A stretch of 48,410 nucleotides of DNA from an uncultured Erysipelotrichaceae bacterium (GTDB lineage: Bacteria > Bacillota_I > Bacilli_A > RFN20 > CAG-449). The notes below the pieces were generated by a model. The model was not told the origin of the DNA, did not search any database, and saw nothing but the letters and a program-made list of their open reading frames with translations. The DNA is taken from assembly GCA_964456095.1 (NCBI GenBank), contig CAYVZF010000003.1, positions 1 to 48,410 on the forward strand. Direction: 5' to 3'. Positions within the stretch are counted from its first letter, which is position 1; the number at the start of each line of letters is the position of its first letter. A program made the translations under genes and the position numbers. Of this stretch, positions 17,390 to 25,558 are shown one piece after another.

Positions 17390-18997
17390 ATGGCTTTAGC
17401 AATAAATCCTAATCCTTACATTAGAGATAAAAGAAGTACACCAAAAATAATGCTTCAATTATTTATTGGTTTAGCAATTGTTTGGCTTGCTGGAATCATT
17501 TATTACTTTAATTATCATTTTAAGAGTAATGGATTTTTTCAAACATTTGCTCAAATAGATGTAATCTTTTCAATATTAAATGTTGTAATATGTGTTGTTA
17601 CTGCATGTGTTACAGAAATGTTATTTTTCATTCCTAAATGGAAAAATGAACAAGATCACACATTTAAAACATTAATGAAAAAAGTACTTAATTCATACGG
17701 ATATATTTCAGGCATGATTTTAGCTTTAATATTACCTGTTATGATTAACTCTAATCCTTTTATTCATATTATATGTTTAATAATGGTGACTGCGATAACA
17801 ATTGGCGTATTTAAAATGCTTTTTGGCGGTTTTGGTCACAACATCTTTAATGTAGCGCTTGTTGGTAGAATTTTCGCTACTATTTGTTTTGGAAGTAATT
17901 TTGTTTATGGACATGAAGTTGTAAAAAGCAATGTAGAAATTGTTAGCTCAACTATTTTATCAGATTGGAATAGTGTTGGATGGAATTTAACAAAGTTTCA
18001 AACTTTCTCAAATAATTATTTATTAGATCTTTTACTTGGTAATTATAGAGGAACATTAGGTGAAACATTTACTCTTATTATTTTAATCGTAGGAATTGTC
18101 TTAATTATTAGAAAAGTAATTGATTGGAAATTACCTACTTTCTATTTAGGTACTTGTTTTATTACAGCATTGCTTGTTGGATTTGTAAATTATAGTAATG
18201 GTTCAACCGCTTTTGAATTTGCTCTAGCTCAATTAATGACTGGTGGTATTATTTTTGGCGCAGTTTTCTGTATTACAGATCCTGTGACAGCACCAACGAA
18301 TTCAATGGCAAAAATTATTTATGCGGTTTTTGCTGGATTTTTAACTATGCTAATTAGAATTAAAGGTTCAGCACCTGAAGGAGTTGCTTATTCCATTTTA
18401 GCCGCTAATATGATCGCACCATTTATTGCTAATTTCTTTAAAGGAAGAACAACATCTCATATTTTAAAAAGAAGTTTAGTTACAAGTGGTATCTGTTTAT
18501 TCATGATTTTAGTTTCTTGTTCTTATAAAATTGATACAAAACTAGCATCACATCAAACTGATATAACATTAGTTGCGGGTACTACTAATAAGTATAATGT
18601 AAAAGTATCTAATGTGATTTCAGGAAATAATTTCTCAAAACTCGATATGGATGTTGAAGTTAATGCATCAGAAAGGAAAATTATTTCTGTTATATTAAAT
18701 AAAGATGGCTCTGGCGCGACTGATGGATATGGATTATATTTCTTTGGTGAAGGAAGTTCTAGCCCATATATAAATGTAACTAAAGTTGATACATTAAAAC
18801 AAGAAATATATACATTCGATAATGGTGGTATTTCATTTGACATATTCCGTAAATATGATTTTGAGTATTATGATAATAAGGAATATAAAGATTTCAATGA
18901 TTTGAGTAGTGATGTAGTTGGTTGTCGTGTAACATTAACAATTTCAAGTTATATATACGGAATTAACGCTGTTATTGATTATGTGGAGGGTGTATAA
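17390..18997 (+). CDS. rnfD: Rnf complex subunit D with an unusual C-terminal extension of about 180 aa
   Basis: NQR2/RnfD core (GGFGHNIFNVALVGRIF, CITDPVTAPT) up to about residue 350. This is followed by a signal-peptide/lipobox-like segment (KRSLVTSGICLFMILVSC, Cys codon at 18518-18520) and an extracytoplasmic domain. Confidence 0.88.
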   Translation: MALAINPNPYIRDKRSTPKIMLQLFIGLAIVWLAGIIYYFNYHFKSNGFFQTFAQIDVIFSILNVVICVVTACVTEMLFFIPKWKNEQDHTFKTLMKKVLNSYGYISGMILALILPVMINSNPFIHIICLIMVTAITIGVFKMLFGGFGHNIFNVALVGRIFATICFGSNFVYGHEVVKSNVEIVSSTILSDWNSVGWNLTKFQTFSNNYLLDLLLGNYRGTLGETFTLIILIVGIVLIIRKVIDWKLPTFYLGTCFITALLVGFVNYSNGSTAFEFALAQLMTGGIIFGAVFCITDPVTAPTNSMAKIIYAVFAGFLTMLIRIKGSAPEGVAYSILAANMIAPFIANFFKGRTTSHILKRSLVTSGICLFMILVSCSYKIDTKLASHQTDITLVAGTTNKYNVKVSNVISGNNFSKLDMDVEVNASERKIISVILNKDGSGATDGYGLYFFGEGSSSPYINVTKVDTLKQEIYTFDNGGISFDIFRKYDFEYYDNKEYKDFNDLSSDVVGCRVTLTISSYIYGINAVIDYVEGV

Positions 18998-18998
18998 A

Positions 18999-19526
18999 AT
19001 GAATAAGTTTATTAAATTACCTTTAACGCTTGGAAGTGTATGTTTGATTTTTTGTTCAACATTAGCTTTGGTTGTAAATGTATGTGAACCAGTTATTGAA
19101 AGAAATGAAATTAGAAAAGAAAATGCTGCATATAAAAAGTTATATACAGAAGTTGATGTTGATAGTATTCAAAAAATAACATTTGATGAAACTAAATATA
19201 ATTATATTAATAGTGTTGCTCTTGTTTCGCATTCGGATGTTGAATCATATGTTTATGTTTTAACTACAAGAGATCCTATGTCAGGAAAACTTAAATTCAT
19301 GCTTGGATTAGAAAAAGAAACAGGTGTAATTGATAGTTATTGTATGGTTTCAAATGAAAATGGTGGATATGCAACGTATTATGATGATAATGACGAAGTT
19401 TTAAAAGATTTGAAAGATGATAATAGAGTTACATCATCAAAACAAACATTAACACAAAAGGCTGTTCAAGAATGTGTTGATATGGCATTAAATCATTATA
19501 GTGAGACATTCGGAGGTGAAAAATAA
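18999..19526 (+). CDS. rnfG: Rnf complex subunit G (FMN_bind domain, divergent)
   Basis: N-terminal TM anchor. KLKFMLGLEKETGVIDSYCMVSNENGGYA aligns by eye with the xIxxxVGIDxxGxIxGxxxLxxxETPGLG block. The C-terminal TSSKQTLTQKAV sits where SGATxTSxAV is expected. The rnfD-G-E order also supports the call. Confidence 0.75.
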   Translation: MNKFIKLPLTLGSVCLIFCSTLALVVNVCEPVIERNEIRKENAAYKKLYTEVDVDSIQKITFDETKYNYINSVALVSHSDVESYVYVLTTRDPMSGKLKFMLGLEKETGVIDSYCMVSNENGGYATYYDDNDEVLKDLKDDNRVTSSKQTLTQKAVQECVDMALNHYSETFGGEK

Positions 19527-19529
19527 GAT

Positions 19530-20375
19530 ATGGAACAAAAGAAAAGTAAAATTTTTATTAATCCGATTTTTAAAGAAAACCCAATTTTGGTATCACTTTT
19601 AGGAATGTGCCCTTTCCTTGGAAGTCCTACTTCAACTATTAACAATGCAATTGGTATTGGTGTTGCTGTTATTTTAGTTTTATTATGTACCAATACATTT
19701 ATTTCATTAATTAGAAAGATAGTTCCTAATGAAGTACGTATCCCTGTATTTATTGTAATAATCGCGTGCTTTGTTACTATGGTAGAATATTTAATGAAAG
19801 CTTTTACTCCTGACCTTTCAACTAGTTTAGGTATATTTATTCCTATGATTACAGTTAACTGTATTATTTTAGGAAGAGCGGAAGCTTTTGCAAGTAAGAA
19901 TTCACCTCTTGATGCTGCGCTTGATGGACTTGGAACTGGTGTTGGATTTACAATGGTATGTTTAGTTCTTGCTATTTTCCGTGAAGTTTTATCTACTGGT
20001 GGTATTACTTTATTAAATCCATTTACTAGTGAACAAATATTCTCATTTACTCCATTAAAAGCAATTGCAATGCCTATATTTAAAGAAACTGCTGGTTCAT
20101 TTATTATTTTTGGTGTATTGCTTGGTACTTATTTCTTCTTTACTCAAACAAGAAAAGAAAAATTAAAGAATGCTAAAAAAGTAGAAGTAAAAAAAGAAAC
20201 TCCAGTAAAAGAAATTAAGAAAGTTGAAGAGGCTAAGGAAGAAATAATTACTCCTATTGAAACTAAAAAGCCTGTTTCTAATAAAAAGAAAATAAAATTT
20301 GTAGTAACTATAGAAAGAAAAATGATTTATAAAGAAAAAAATGAGGAGGTAAAATACGATGAGTTATTTAAGTAA
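19530..20375 (+). CDS. rnfE: Rnf complex subunit E with a Lys/Glu-rich C-terminal tail
   Basis: NPILVSLLGMCPFLG and ITVNCIILGRAEAFA motifs. The tail of about 75 aa (KEKLKNAKKVEVKKETPVKEIKKVEEAKEE...) runs to the rnfA overlap. Confidence 0.9.
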   Translation: MEQKKSKIFINPIFKENPILVSLLGMCPFLGSPTSTINNAIGIGVAVILVLLCTNTFISLIRKIVPNEVRIPVFIVIIACFVTMVEYLMKAFTPDLSTSLGIFIPMITVNCIILGRAEAFASKNSPLDAALDGLGTGVGFTMVCLVLAIFREVLSTGGITLLNPFTSEQIFSFTPLKAIAMPIFKETAGSFIIFGVLLGTYFFFTQTRKEKLKNAKKVEVKKETPVKEIKKVEEAKEEIITPIETKKPVSNKKKIKFVVTIERKMIYKEKNEEVKYDELFK

Positions 20376-20988
20376 TGTATTCAAAATATTGATGATATCT
20401 ATATTATCGAGTAATGTTATATTTTCATCTTCATTAGGTATTTGTTCTTATCTTGGTGTTTCTAAAAATAAGAAGAGTTCTATTGGTATGGGATTTGCTT
20501 TAACTTTCGTTACTGTACTTGCTACTTTAATATCTTATCCAATAGGTTTATTATTAAAAGCATTAAATATTGAATATATGTCAACAATTTGTTTTATTTT
20601 AGTAATTGCTAGTTTAGTACAATTTGTTGAAATGTTTATTAAAAAGTTTTCTCCTTCATTATATAAAGCATTAGGTATTTATTTACCTCTTATTACAACA
20701 AACTGTGTTGTTTTATATGTTGCTAAGCAAACAATGGATACTGGGGCATTATTTCAAACTCTAGGTATTACTGGAAGTATTGGTGGATTTGCTTCATTTA
20801 TCTATTTAATTGTATTTGCTCTTGGTATTGCTCTTGGATATTTCTTATCATTATATCTATTTGCAGTTATTAGAGAAAAGTTAGATGGTGCTCCTGTAGT
20901 GAAAGGCTTTCAAGGAGTTGCAATTGGTTTAATTGTCTCTGCAGTTATGGCAATTATCTTCTCAAAAGCATTTACTGGAATTTTCTAA
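20359..20988 (+). CDS. rnfA: Rnf complex subunit A
   Basis: SNVIFSSSLGICSYLGVSK and LITTNCVVL motifs. GAGGAGG SD at 20342-20348. Confidence 0.9.
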   Translation: MSYLSNVFKILMISILSSNVIFSSSLGICSYLGVSKNKKSSIGMGFALTFVTVLATLISYPIGLLLKALNIEYMSTICFILVIASLVQFVEMFIKKFSPSLYKALGIYLPLITTNCVVLYVAKQTMDTGALFQTLGITGSIGGFASFIYLIVFALGIALGYFLSLYLFAVIREKLDGAPVVKGFQGVAIGLIVSAVMAIIFSKAFTGIF

Positions 20989-21183
20989 ATGGAATTTATA
21001 TTTGCAATAATTTTATTTGTTATTTTATCGGGAATATTTATTTTTACATATGTTTTAAATAAAAGAATTCCTAAACCTGATGGTTGTGATGAAATAGATG
21101 AAAGTTGCTTAAATTGTTCTAATACACTTTGCAAACATAGTAAGAAAAATAATGAAAATAATGATCAAAAGGAGGAAGAATAA
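20989..21183 (+). CDS. Small membrane protein with a Cys-rich tail (64 aa), inserted between rnfA and rnfB
   Basis: One N-terminal TM (FIFAIILFVILSGIFIFTYVL), then C-x6-C-x2-C-x4-C (CDEIDESCLNCSNTLC). The ATG directly abuts the rnfA stop, with no obvious SD. The architecture resembles FeoB-associated Cys-rich membrane microproteins. Confidence 0.5.
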   Translation: MEFIFAIILFVILSGIFIFTYVLNKRIPKPDGCDEIDESCLNCSNTLCKHSKKNNENNDQKEEE

Positions 21184-21506
21184 TGAATTGGTCGTCAGTT
21201 TTATTAGCGGCAGTTGTTTCTGTTTCAATTGCTGTTGTTCTTGGCTTACTTTTAGCTGTTGCAAATAAGTTCTTATTTGTTGCAGAAGATCCAAGAAAAG
21301 AATATATAACTAATAATTTACCAGGCGCTAATTGCGGTGCATGCGGATATCCTGGATGTGGTGGTTTAGCTGATGCTATTATGGATGGAACTGTTACAAA
21401 GGTTCGTTCATGTAAAGTACTTAAAGCTGATAAAGCAAAAGAAATTGTTGAATATTTAAATTCGACACCTGGACCAGATGGAAACACTTTAAAGGTTAGT
21501 GAATAA
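21183..21506 (+). CDS. rnfB: Rnf complex subunit B, minimal form (TM plus N-terminal Fe-S domain only, 107 aa)
   Basis: TM helix plus C-x2-C-x4-C-x17-C (NCGACGYPGCGG...VRSC), typical of the RnfB N-terminal cluster domain. No CxxCxxCxxxCP ferredoxin repeats are present. AAGGAGGAAG SD. Confidence 0.8.
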   Translation: MNWSSVLLAAVVSVSIAVVLGLLLAVANKFLFVAEDPRKEYITNNLPGANCGACGYPGCGGLADAIMDGTVTKVRSCKVLKADKAKEIVEYLNSTPGPDGNTLKVSE

Positions 21507-21751
21507 TGGTAAAACATATTTCATATACGCCAAGTGGTGTTTGCTCTAGAAAGATGAAAATTGATGTAGAAGACGGTATTGTTAAAAATCTAACTGTTAT
21601 TGGTGGATGTAATGGTAATCTTCAAGGAATTTCTTCGTTAGTTGTTGGTATGAAAATAGAGGATGTTATCTCTAGACTTGAAGGAATAAAATGTGGTTTT
21701 AAAAACACTTCTTGTCCTGATCAATTAGCTAAGGCTTTAAAAAATAATTGA
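21506..21751 (+). CDS. TSCPD-domain 4-Cys protein (TIGR03905-like), 81 aa
   Basis: YTPSGVCSRKM...VIGGCNGNLQGIS...GIKCGFKNTSCPDQLAKAL. The start overlaps the rnfB stop (TAATG). Confidence 0.75.
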   Translation: MVKHISYTPSGVCSRKMKIDVEDGIVKNLTVIGGCNGNLQGISSLVVGMKIEDVISRLEGIKCGFKNTSCPDQLAKALKNN

Positions 21752-21844
21752 TTTTTAAAAAGAGTGTATTAATATATAAAAATATTTATGCATTCTTTTT
21801 TATTTTTTTATTTTTTTGACATACTAATTTTATAGGAGAATAAT

Positions 21845-22027
21845 ATGACTAGAAAAAAGAAAGAACAATTACTTTTAGCAGACACTTTTTTTGAAATGGG
21901 AATGGATTATGAAGTTATTGAAAAAATAACAGGAATTACAGGGGAAGAACTTTTATTATACAAGATAAATATTGACAATAACCTTAAAAAGCAAGATAAT
22001 TTAAAAGTACGAAAAAGACAAAAATAA
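21845..22027 (+). CDS. Hypothetical 60-aa protein with an HTH-like core
   Basis: AGGAG SD 6 nt upstream. The segment MGMDYEVIEKITGITGEELLLY resembles the short HTH seen at the C-termini of Rpn-type proteins, and the tail is basic. Coding status is uncertain. Confidence 0.4.
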   Translation: MTRKKKEQLLLADTFFEMGMDYEVIEKITGITGEELLLYKINIDNNLKKQDNLKVRKRQK

Positions 22028-22051
22028 TCTTGTTTTTTTATGAGGTGAAGT

Positions 22052-23206
22052 ATGGAAGAATTAGTTTTATTTACATCGGAATCAGTATCAGAGGGACATC
22101 CTGATAAAGTATGTGATCAAATATCTGATGCTATTTTAGATGCTTGTTTAGCACAAGATCCTGATTCACATGTTGCTTGTGAATGTTTTACTACTACTAA
22201 TTATGTTTTAATTGGTGGCGAAATTACTACTAAAGCAATAGTGGATTATGAACGTGTAGCGCGTAATGTCCTTTTAAAAATTGGATATACAAAGAATGAA
22301 TATGGTATTGATGGTAATAATTGTATTATCGTTAATAAAATTCATACTCAATCACCTGATATTGCTATTGGAGTTAACAAAGAAACTGTTGAAGAACAAG
22401 GAGCGGGTGATCAAGGTATTATGTTTGGTTATGCTTGTGATGAAACAGATAATTATATGCCACTTGCTATTGTAATTGCTCATAAATTGGTTAGATTTGC
22501 TACTAATTTAAGAAAAGAAGGTAAGTTTAAACATGCTAGACCTGATATGAAATCACAAGTTACAATTGATTATACTAATACACCTAAAATTGATACTGTG
22601 TTAATGTCTTGCCAACATGATGAAGATGTCGATATGAATGAATTTAAAGAATTTATTCATAAAGAAATTATGATTCCTGTCGTTAAAAGTTTTAATATGA
22701 ATCTTGATTTTAAGTATTTAGTTAATCCTACTGGTAGATTTGTTATTGGTGGACCTGATGGTGATACTGGTTTAACAGGTAGAAAGATAATTGTTGATTC
22801 ATACGGCGGATCTGCTAGAGCGGGTGGAGGATGTTTTTCTGGAAAAGATCCTTCAAAAGTTGATAGAAGTGCAACGTATGCGGCTCGTTATGTTGCTAAA
22901 AACTTGGTCGCCGCAGGCCTTGCTAAAAAGATTGAAATTCAATTAAGTTATGCGATTGGTGTAGCTGAACCAATTTCTATTTCTGTTGAAACTTTTAATA
23001 CAGAAACAGTTTCTAATGATAAAATTCTTTCAATTATTCATAAAGTATTTGATTTAAGACCTGGAAAAATTATTGAAAAATTTTCACTAAAAAAGCCTAA
23101 TTTTAAATATGAAGATTTAGCATCTTATGGCCATTTTGGACGTCCTGATGTTGATTGTCCATGGGAATATTTAGATAAGGTTGATGAAATTAAAAACTTA
23201 CTATAA
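22052..23206 (+). CDS. metK: S-adenosylmethionine synthase
   Basis: SESVSEGHPDKVCDQISDAILD, GAGDQGIMFGYA, and GGGCFSGKDPSKVDRSATYAARY. Confidence 0.96.
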   Translation: MEELVLFTSESVSEGHPDKVCDQISDAILDACLAQDPDSHVACECFTTTNYVLIGGEITTKAIVDYERVARNVLLKIGYTKNEYGIDGNNCIIVNKIHTQSPDIAIGVNKETVEEQGAGDQGIMFGYACDETDNYMPLAIVIAHKLVRFATNLRKEGKFKHARPDMKSQVTIDYTNTPKIDTVLMSCQHDEDVDMNEFKEFIHKEIMIPVVKSFNMNLDFKYLVNPTGRFVIGGPDGDTGLTGRKIIVDSYGGSARAGGGCFSGKDPSKVDRSATYAARYVAKNLVAAGLAKKIEIQLSYAIGVAEPISISVETFNTETVSNDKILSIIHKVFDLRPGKIIEKFSLKKPNFKYEDLASYGHFGRPDVDCPWEYLDKVDEIKNLL

Positions 23207-23227
23207 TATACTGGTGGTAATTATTTT

Positions 23228-24640
23228 ATGGAATATGATGTAATAATTGTAGGTGCTGGTCCAGCTGGATATTTTTGTGCTTATGAATTGATGAAAAAAG
23301 CACCTGAAAAGAAAGTGTTGTTAATTGAAAAGGGACAAGATATTTATCATAGAAATTGTCCTGTACTTAATCATAAATTAGAGAAGTGCCCTATTAATAA
23401 AGAACATCATTCTGGTTGTTTTCCTAGCTGCGCTATGACAAATGGATTTGGTGGTGCTGGAGCATATTCTGATGGTAAATTTAATATAACAACAGAATTT
23501 GGTGGTTGGTTAAATGATGTTATTGATGATGATGTTTTATTAGATTTAATTAAATATGTCGACTCTATTAATATTGCTCATGGTGCGACTAAAACAATTA
23601 CTGATCCGTATACCGATGAGGTTAGAGATATTGAAAAAAAAGCAATCGCGGTTGGATTAAAACTTTTAAGAGCAAAAGTTAGACATATCGGTACAGAAGA
23701 GAATTTGAAAATTCTTGAAAAGATTTATGAAGAATTAAATAGTCATATTGATATGCTTTATAAATCACCAATAAGAGACGTTATTATTGAAAACAATATA
23801 TGTAAGGGTGTTATAACTGAAGATAATAAAACTTTTTATGGAAAGAATATATTTTTAGCAATTGGTAGAGATGGTGCGGCTTTTTTAGAAAGAATGTTAT
23901 CTAAACATGATGTTGAATTTACTAATAATCAAGTTGATATCGGAGTAAGAGTTGAAACTAACGATATAGTTATGGAGGAAATAAATAAATCGTTATATGA
24001 AGGTAAATTTATTTTTAATACTTCTGTCGGTACAAAAGTTAGGACTTTCTGTTCTAATCCTTCTGGACATGTTGTTGTTGAAAATGATTCTGGCACTATT
24101 TTAGCAAATGGACATGCTTATTCTGATCCTAAACTTGGAAGTGAAAATACTAATTTTGCTTTACTAGTTTCACATAAGTTTGATGAACCATTTAATAGAC
24201 CAAATGAATATGCTCATGCTGTTTCAAAACTTGCTAATCAATTGAGTTGTGGTAGTGTTATTGTTCAAAAATATGGTGATGTTTTATTAGGAAGAAGAAC
24301 AACTGATAGAAGAATTAAAGATGGATTTGTTAAACCAACTTTAAAAGAAGCTGTTCCTGGTGATTTAGGTCTTTGTTTGCCTTATAATACGATGAAATCG
24401 ATTATTGAGATGATTGAGGCATTAGATCATGTTACACCTGGGATTGCTAATGAACATACTTTACTTTATGGAGTAGAGGCTAAATTCTATTCATCTCGAC
24501 CAAAGATTAAAAAAACATTAGAAATATCAAATATTGCTAATCTATATGTAGGTGGAGACGGTGCTGGATTAACTAGAGGACTTGCTCAAGCGGGAGCTTC
24601 TGGTGTTTATGTAGCAAGAAATATTATTGAAAAAGAATAA
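23228..24640 (+). CDS. NAD(P)/FAD-dependent oxidoreductase (COG2509-like, function unknown)
   Basis: N-terminal YDVIIVGAGPAGYF Rossmann motif and a C-terminal VGGDGAGLTRGLAQAGASG motif. Confidence 0.75.
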   Translation: MEYDVIIVGAGPAGYFCAYELMKKAPEKKVLLIEKGQDIYHRNCPVLNHKLEKCPINKEHHSGCFPSCAMTNGFGGAGAYSDGKFNITTEFGGWLNDVIDDDVLLDLIKYVDSINIAHGATKTITDPYTDEVRDIEKKAIAVGLKLLRAKVRHIGTEENLKILEKIYEELNSHIDMLYKSPIRDVIIENNICKGVITEDNKTFYGKNIFLAIGRDGAAFLERMLSKHDVEFTNNQVDIGVRVETNDIVMEEINKSLYEGKFIFNTSVGTKVRTFCSNPSGHVVVENDSGTILANGHAYSDPKLGSENTNFALLVSHKFDEPFNRPNEYAHAVSKLANQLSCGSVIVQKYGDVLLGRRTTDRRIKDGFVKPTLKEAVPGDLGLCLPYNTMKSIIEMIEALDHVTPGIANEHTLLYGVEAKFYSSRPKIKKTLEISNIANLYVGGDGAGLTRGLAQAGASGVYVARNIIEKE

Positions 24641-24643
24641 AAT

Positions 24644-24702
24644 AAAAACACAGTTAAATAAAAAAATGATTAAAATCATATTTATTATTAGCTGTGTTTT
24701 TT
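24644..24702 (+). terminator. Probable terminator after the oxidoreductase gene
   Basis: AAAAACACAG (24644-24653) pairs with CTGTGTTTTT (24692-24701) across a long loop that contains its own small hairpin (ATGATT/AATCAT). T tract at the 3' end. Confidence 0.5.
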
Positions 24703-24824
24703 AACCTATATAAGTATATCATATTTTTTTATATATTAATAGTCTTATTTTTATACTATTTTAATAGTATAATATAACTAGGAAGAGAGAAATCTCAATA
24801 ATATAATTGAAAGGAAGAAAAAAT

Positions 24825-25370
24825 ATGAAAGTTCAAATTACAGGTAAAAATATTACAATTACTGAGGCTATGAGAGCTCAAACAGAAGCAAAACTTTCTA
24901 AAATGGATAAGTATTTTATTATTGATGAAAGTGTAGTTGCAAAAGTATTAGCAAGAACATATAAAAATGATCAAAAAATAGAAATAACTATTTTTACAAA
25001 AATGATGGATTTTAGAGTAGAAGTAAGATCAGATGATTATTATAATGCGCTTGATTTAGCTATTGATAAATTAGAAGGACAAATGCGTAAATTAAAAACA
25101 CGTATTGATAAAAAACATCATGAGAGTTTAGCGGAGTCTTTAGATTTTAATAACTTTGATACTGAAGATGAAGATAATATAAATGATGAAATTGTACGTG
25201 TTAAAGAAGTATATCTTGACCCTATTGATTTAGAAAAAGCAATTACTAAAATGGAAGCACTTGGACATAATTTCTATATTTATTTAGATAGTGAAGATAA
25301 TTTGGTTAGTGTTTGCTATAAAAGAGAAGATGGCGGATACGGAGTTATTCAAGTTAAAAACCATCATTAG
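24825..25370 (+). CDS. hpf: Ribosome hibernation promoting factor, long form
   Basis: MKVQITGKNITITEAMR... N-terminal S30AE domain, an acidic linker, and the C-terminal dimerisation domain PIDLEKAITKMEALGHNFYIY. Confidence 0.9.
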   Translation: MKVQITGKNITITEAMRAQTEAKLSKMDKYFIIDESVVAKVLARTYKNDQKIEITIFTKMMDFRVEVRSDDYYNALDLAIDKLEGQMRKLKTRIDKKHHESLAESLDFNNFDTEDEDNINDEIVRVKEVYLDPIDLEKAITKMEALGHNFYIYLDSEDNLVSVCYKREDGGYGVIQVKNHH

Positions 25371-25394
25371 TTAATTTTATATAGTTTATTTATT

Positions 25395-25427
25395 AAGGCT
25401 TTTATCGTAAAAGGTGAAAGCCTTTTT
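25395..25427 (+). terminator. hpf terminator
   Basis: AAGGCTTT / AAAGCCTT 8-bp stem with a 14-nt loop, followed by TTT. Confidence 0.6.
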
Positions 25428-25558
25428 AAAAACATAATTTTTGTAGTTAATAATTTATTTAAGAAAAAAAGAATATCAATTTTCTTAATAATTAGATTTT
25501 AATAAGTCTTGTTATTATCTTTTTTTATTGTATAATTAAATTATCTTTTGGAGAAAGT

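Noticed and set aside
21119-21517. Minus-strand 132-aa ORF (and 21109..21294) overlapping rnfB.
   Set aside because: The plus strand here encodes the unmistakable RnfB Fe-S motif (NCGACGYPGCGG). The antisense ORF has no SD or motifs.
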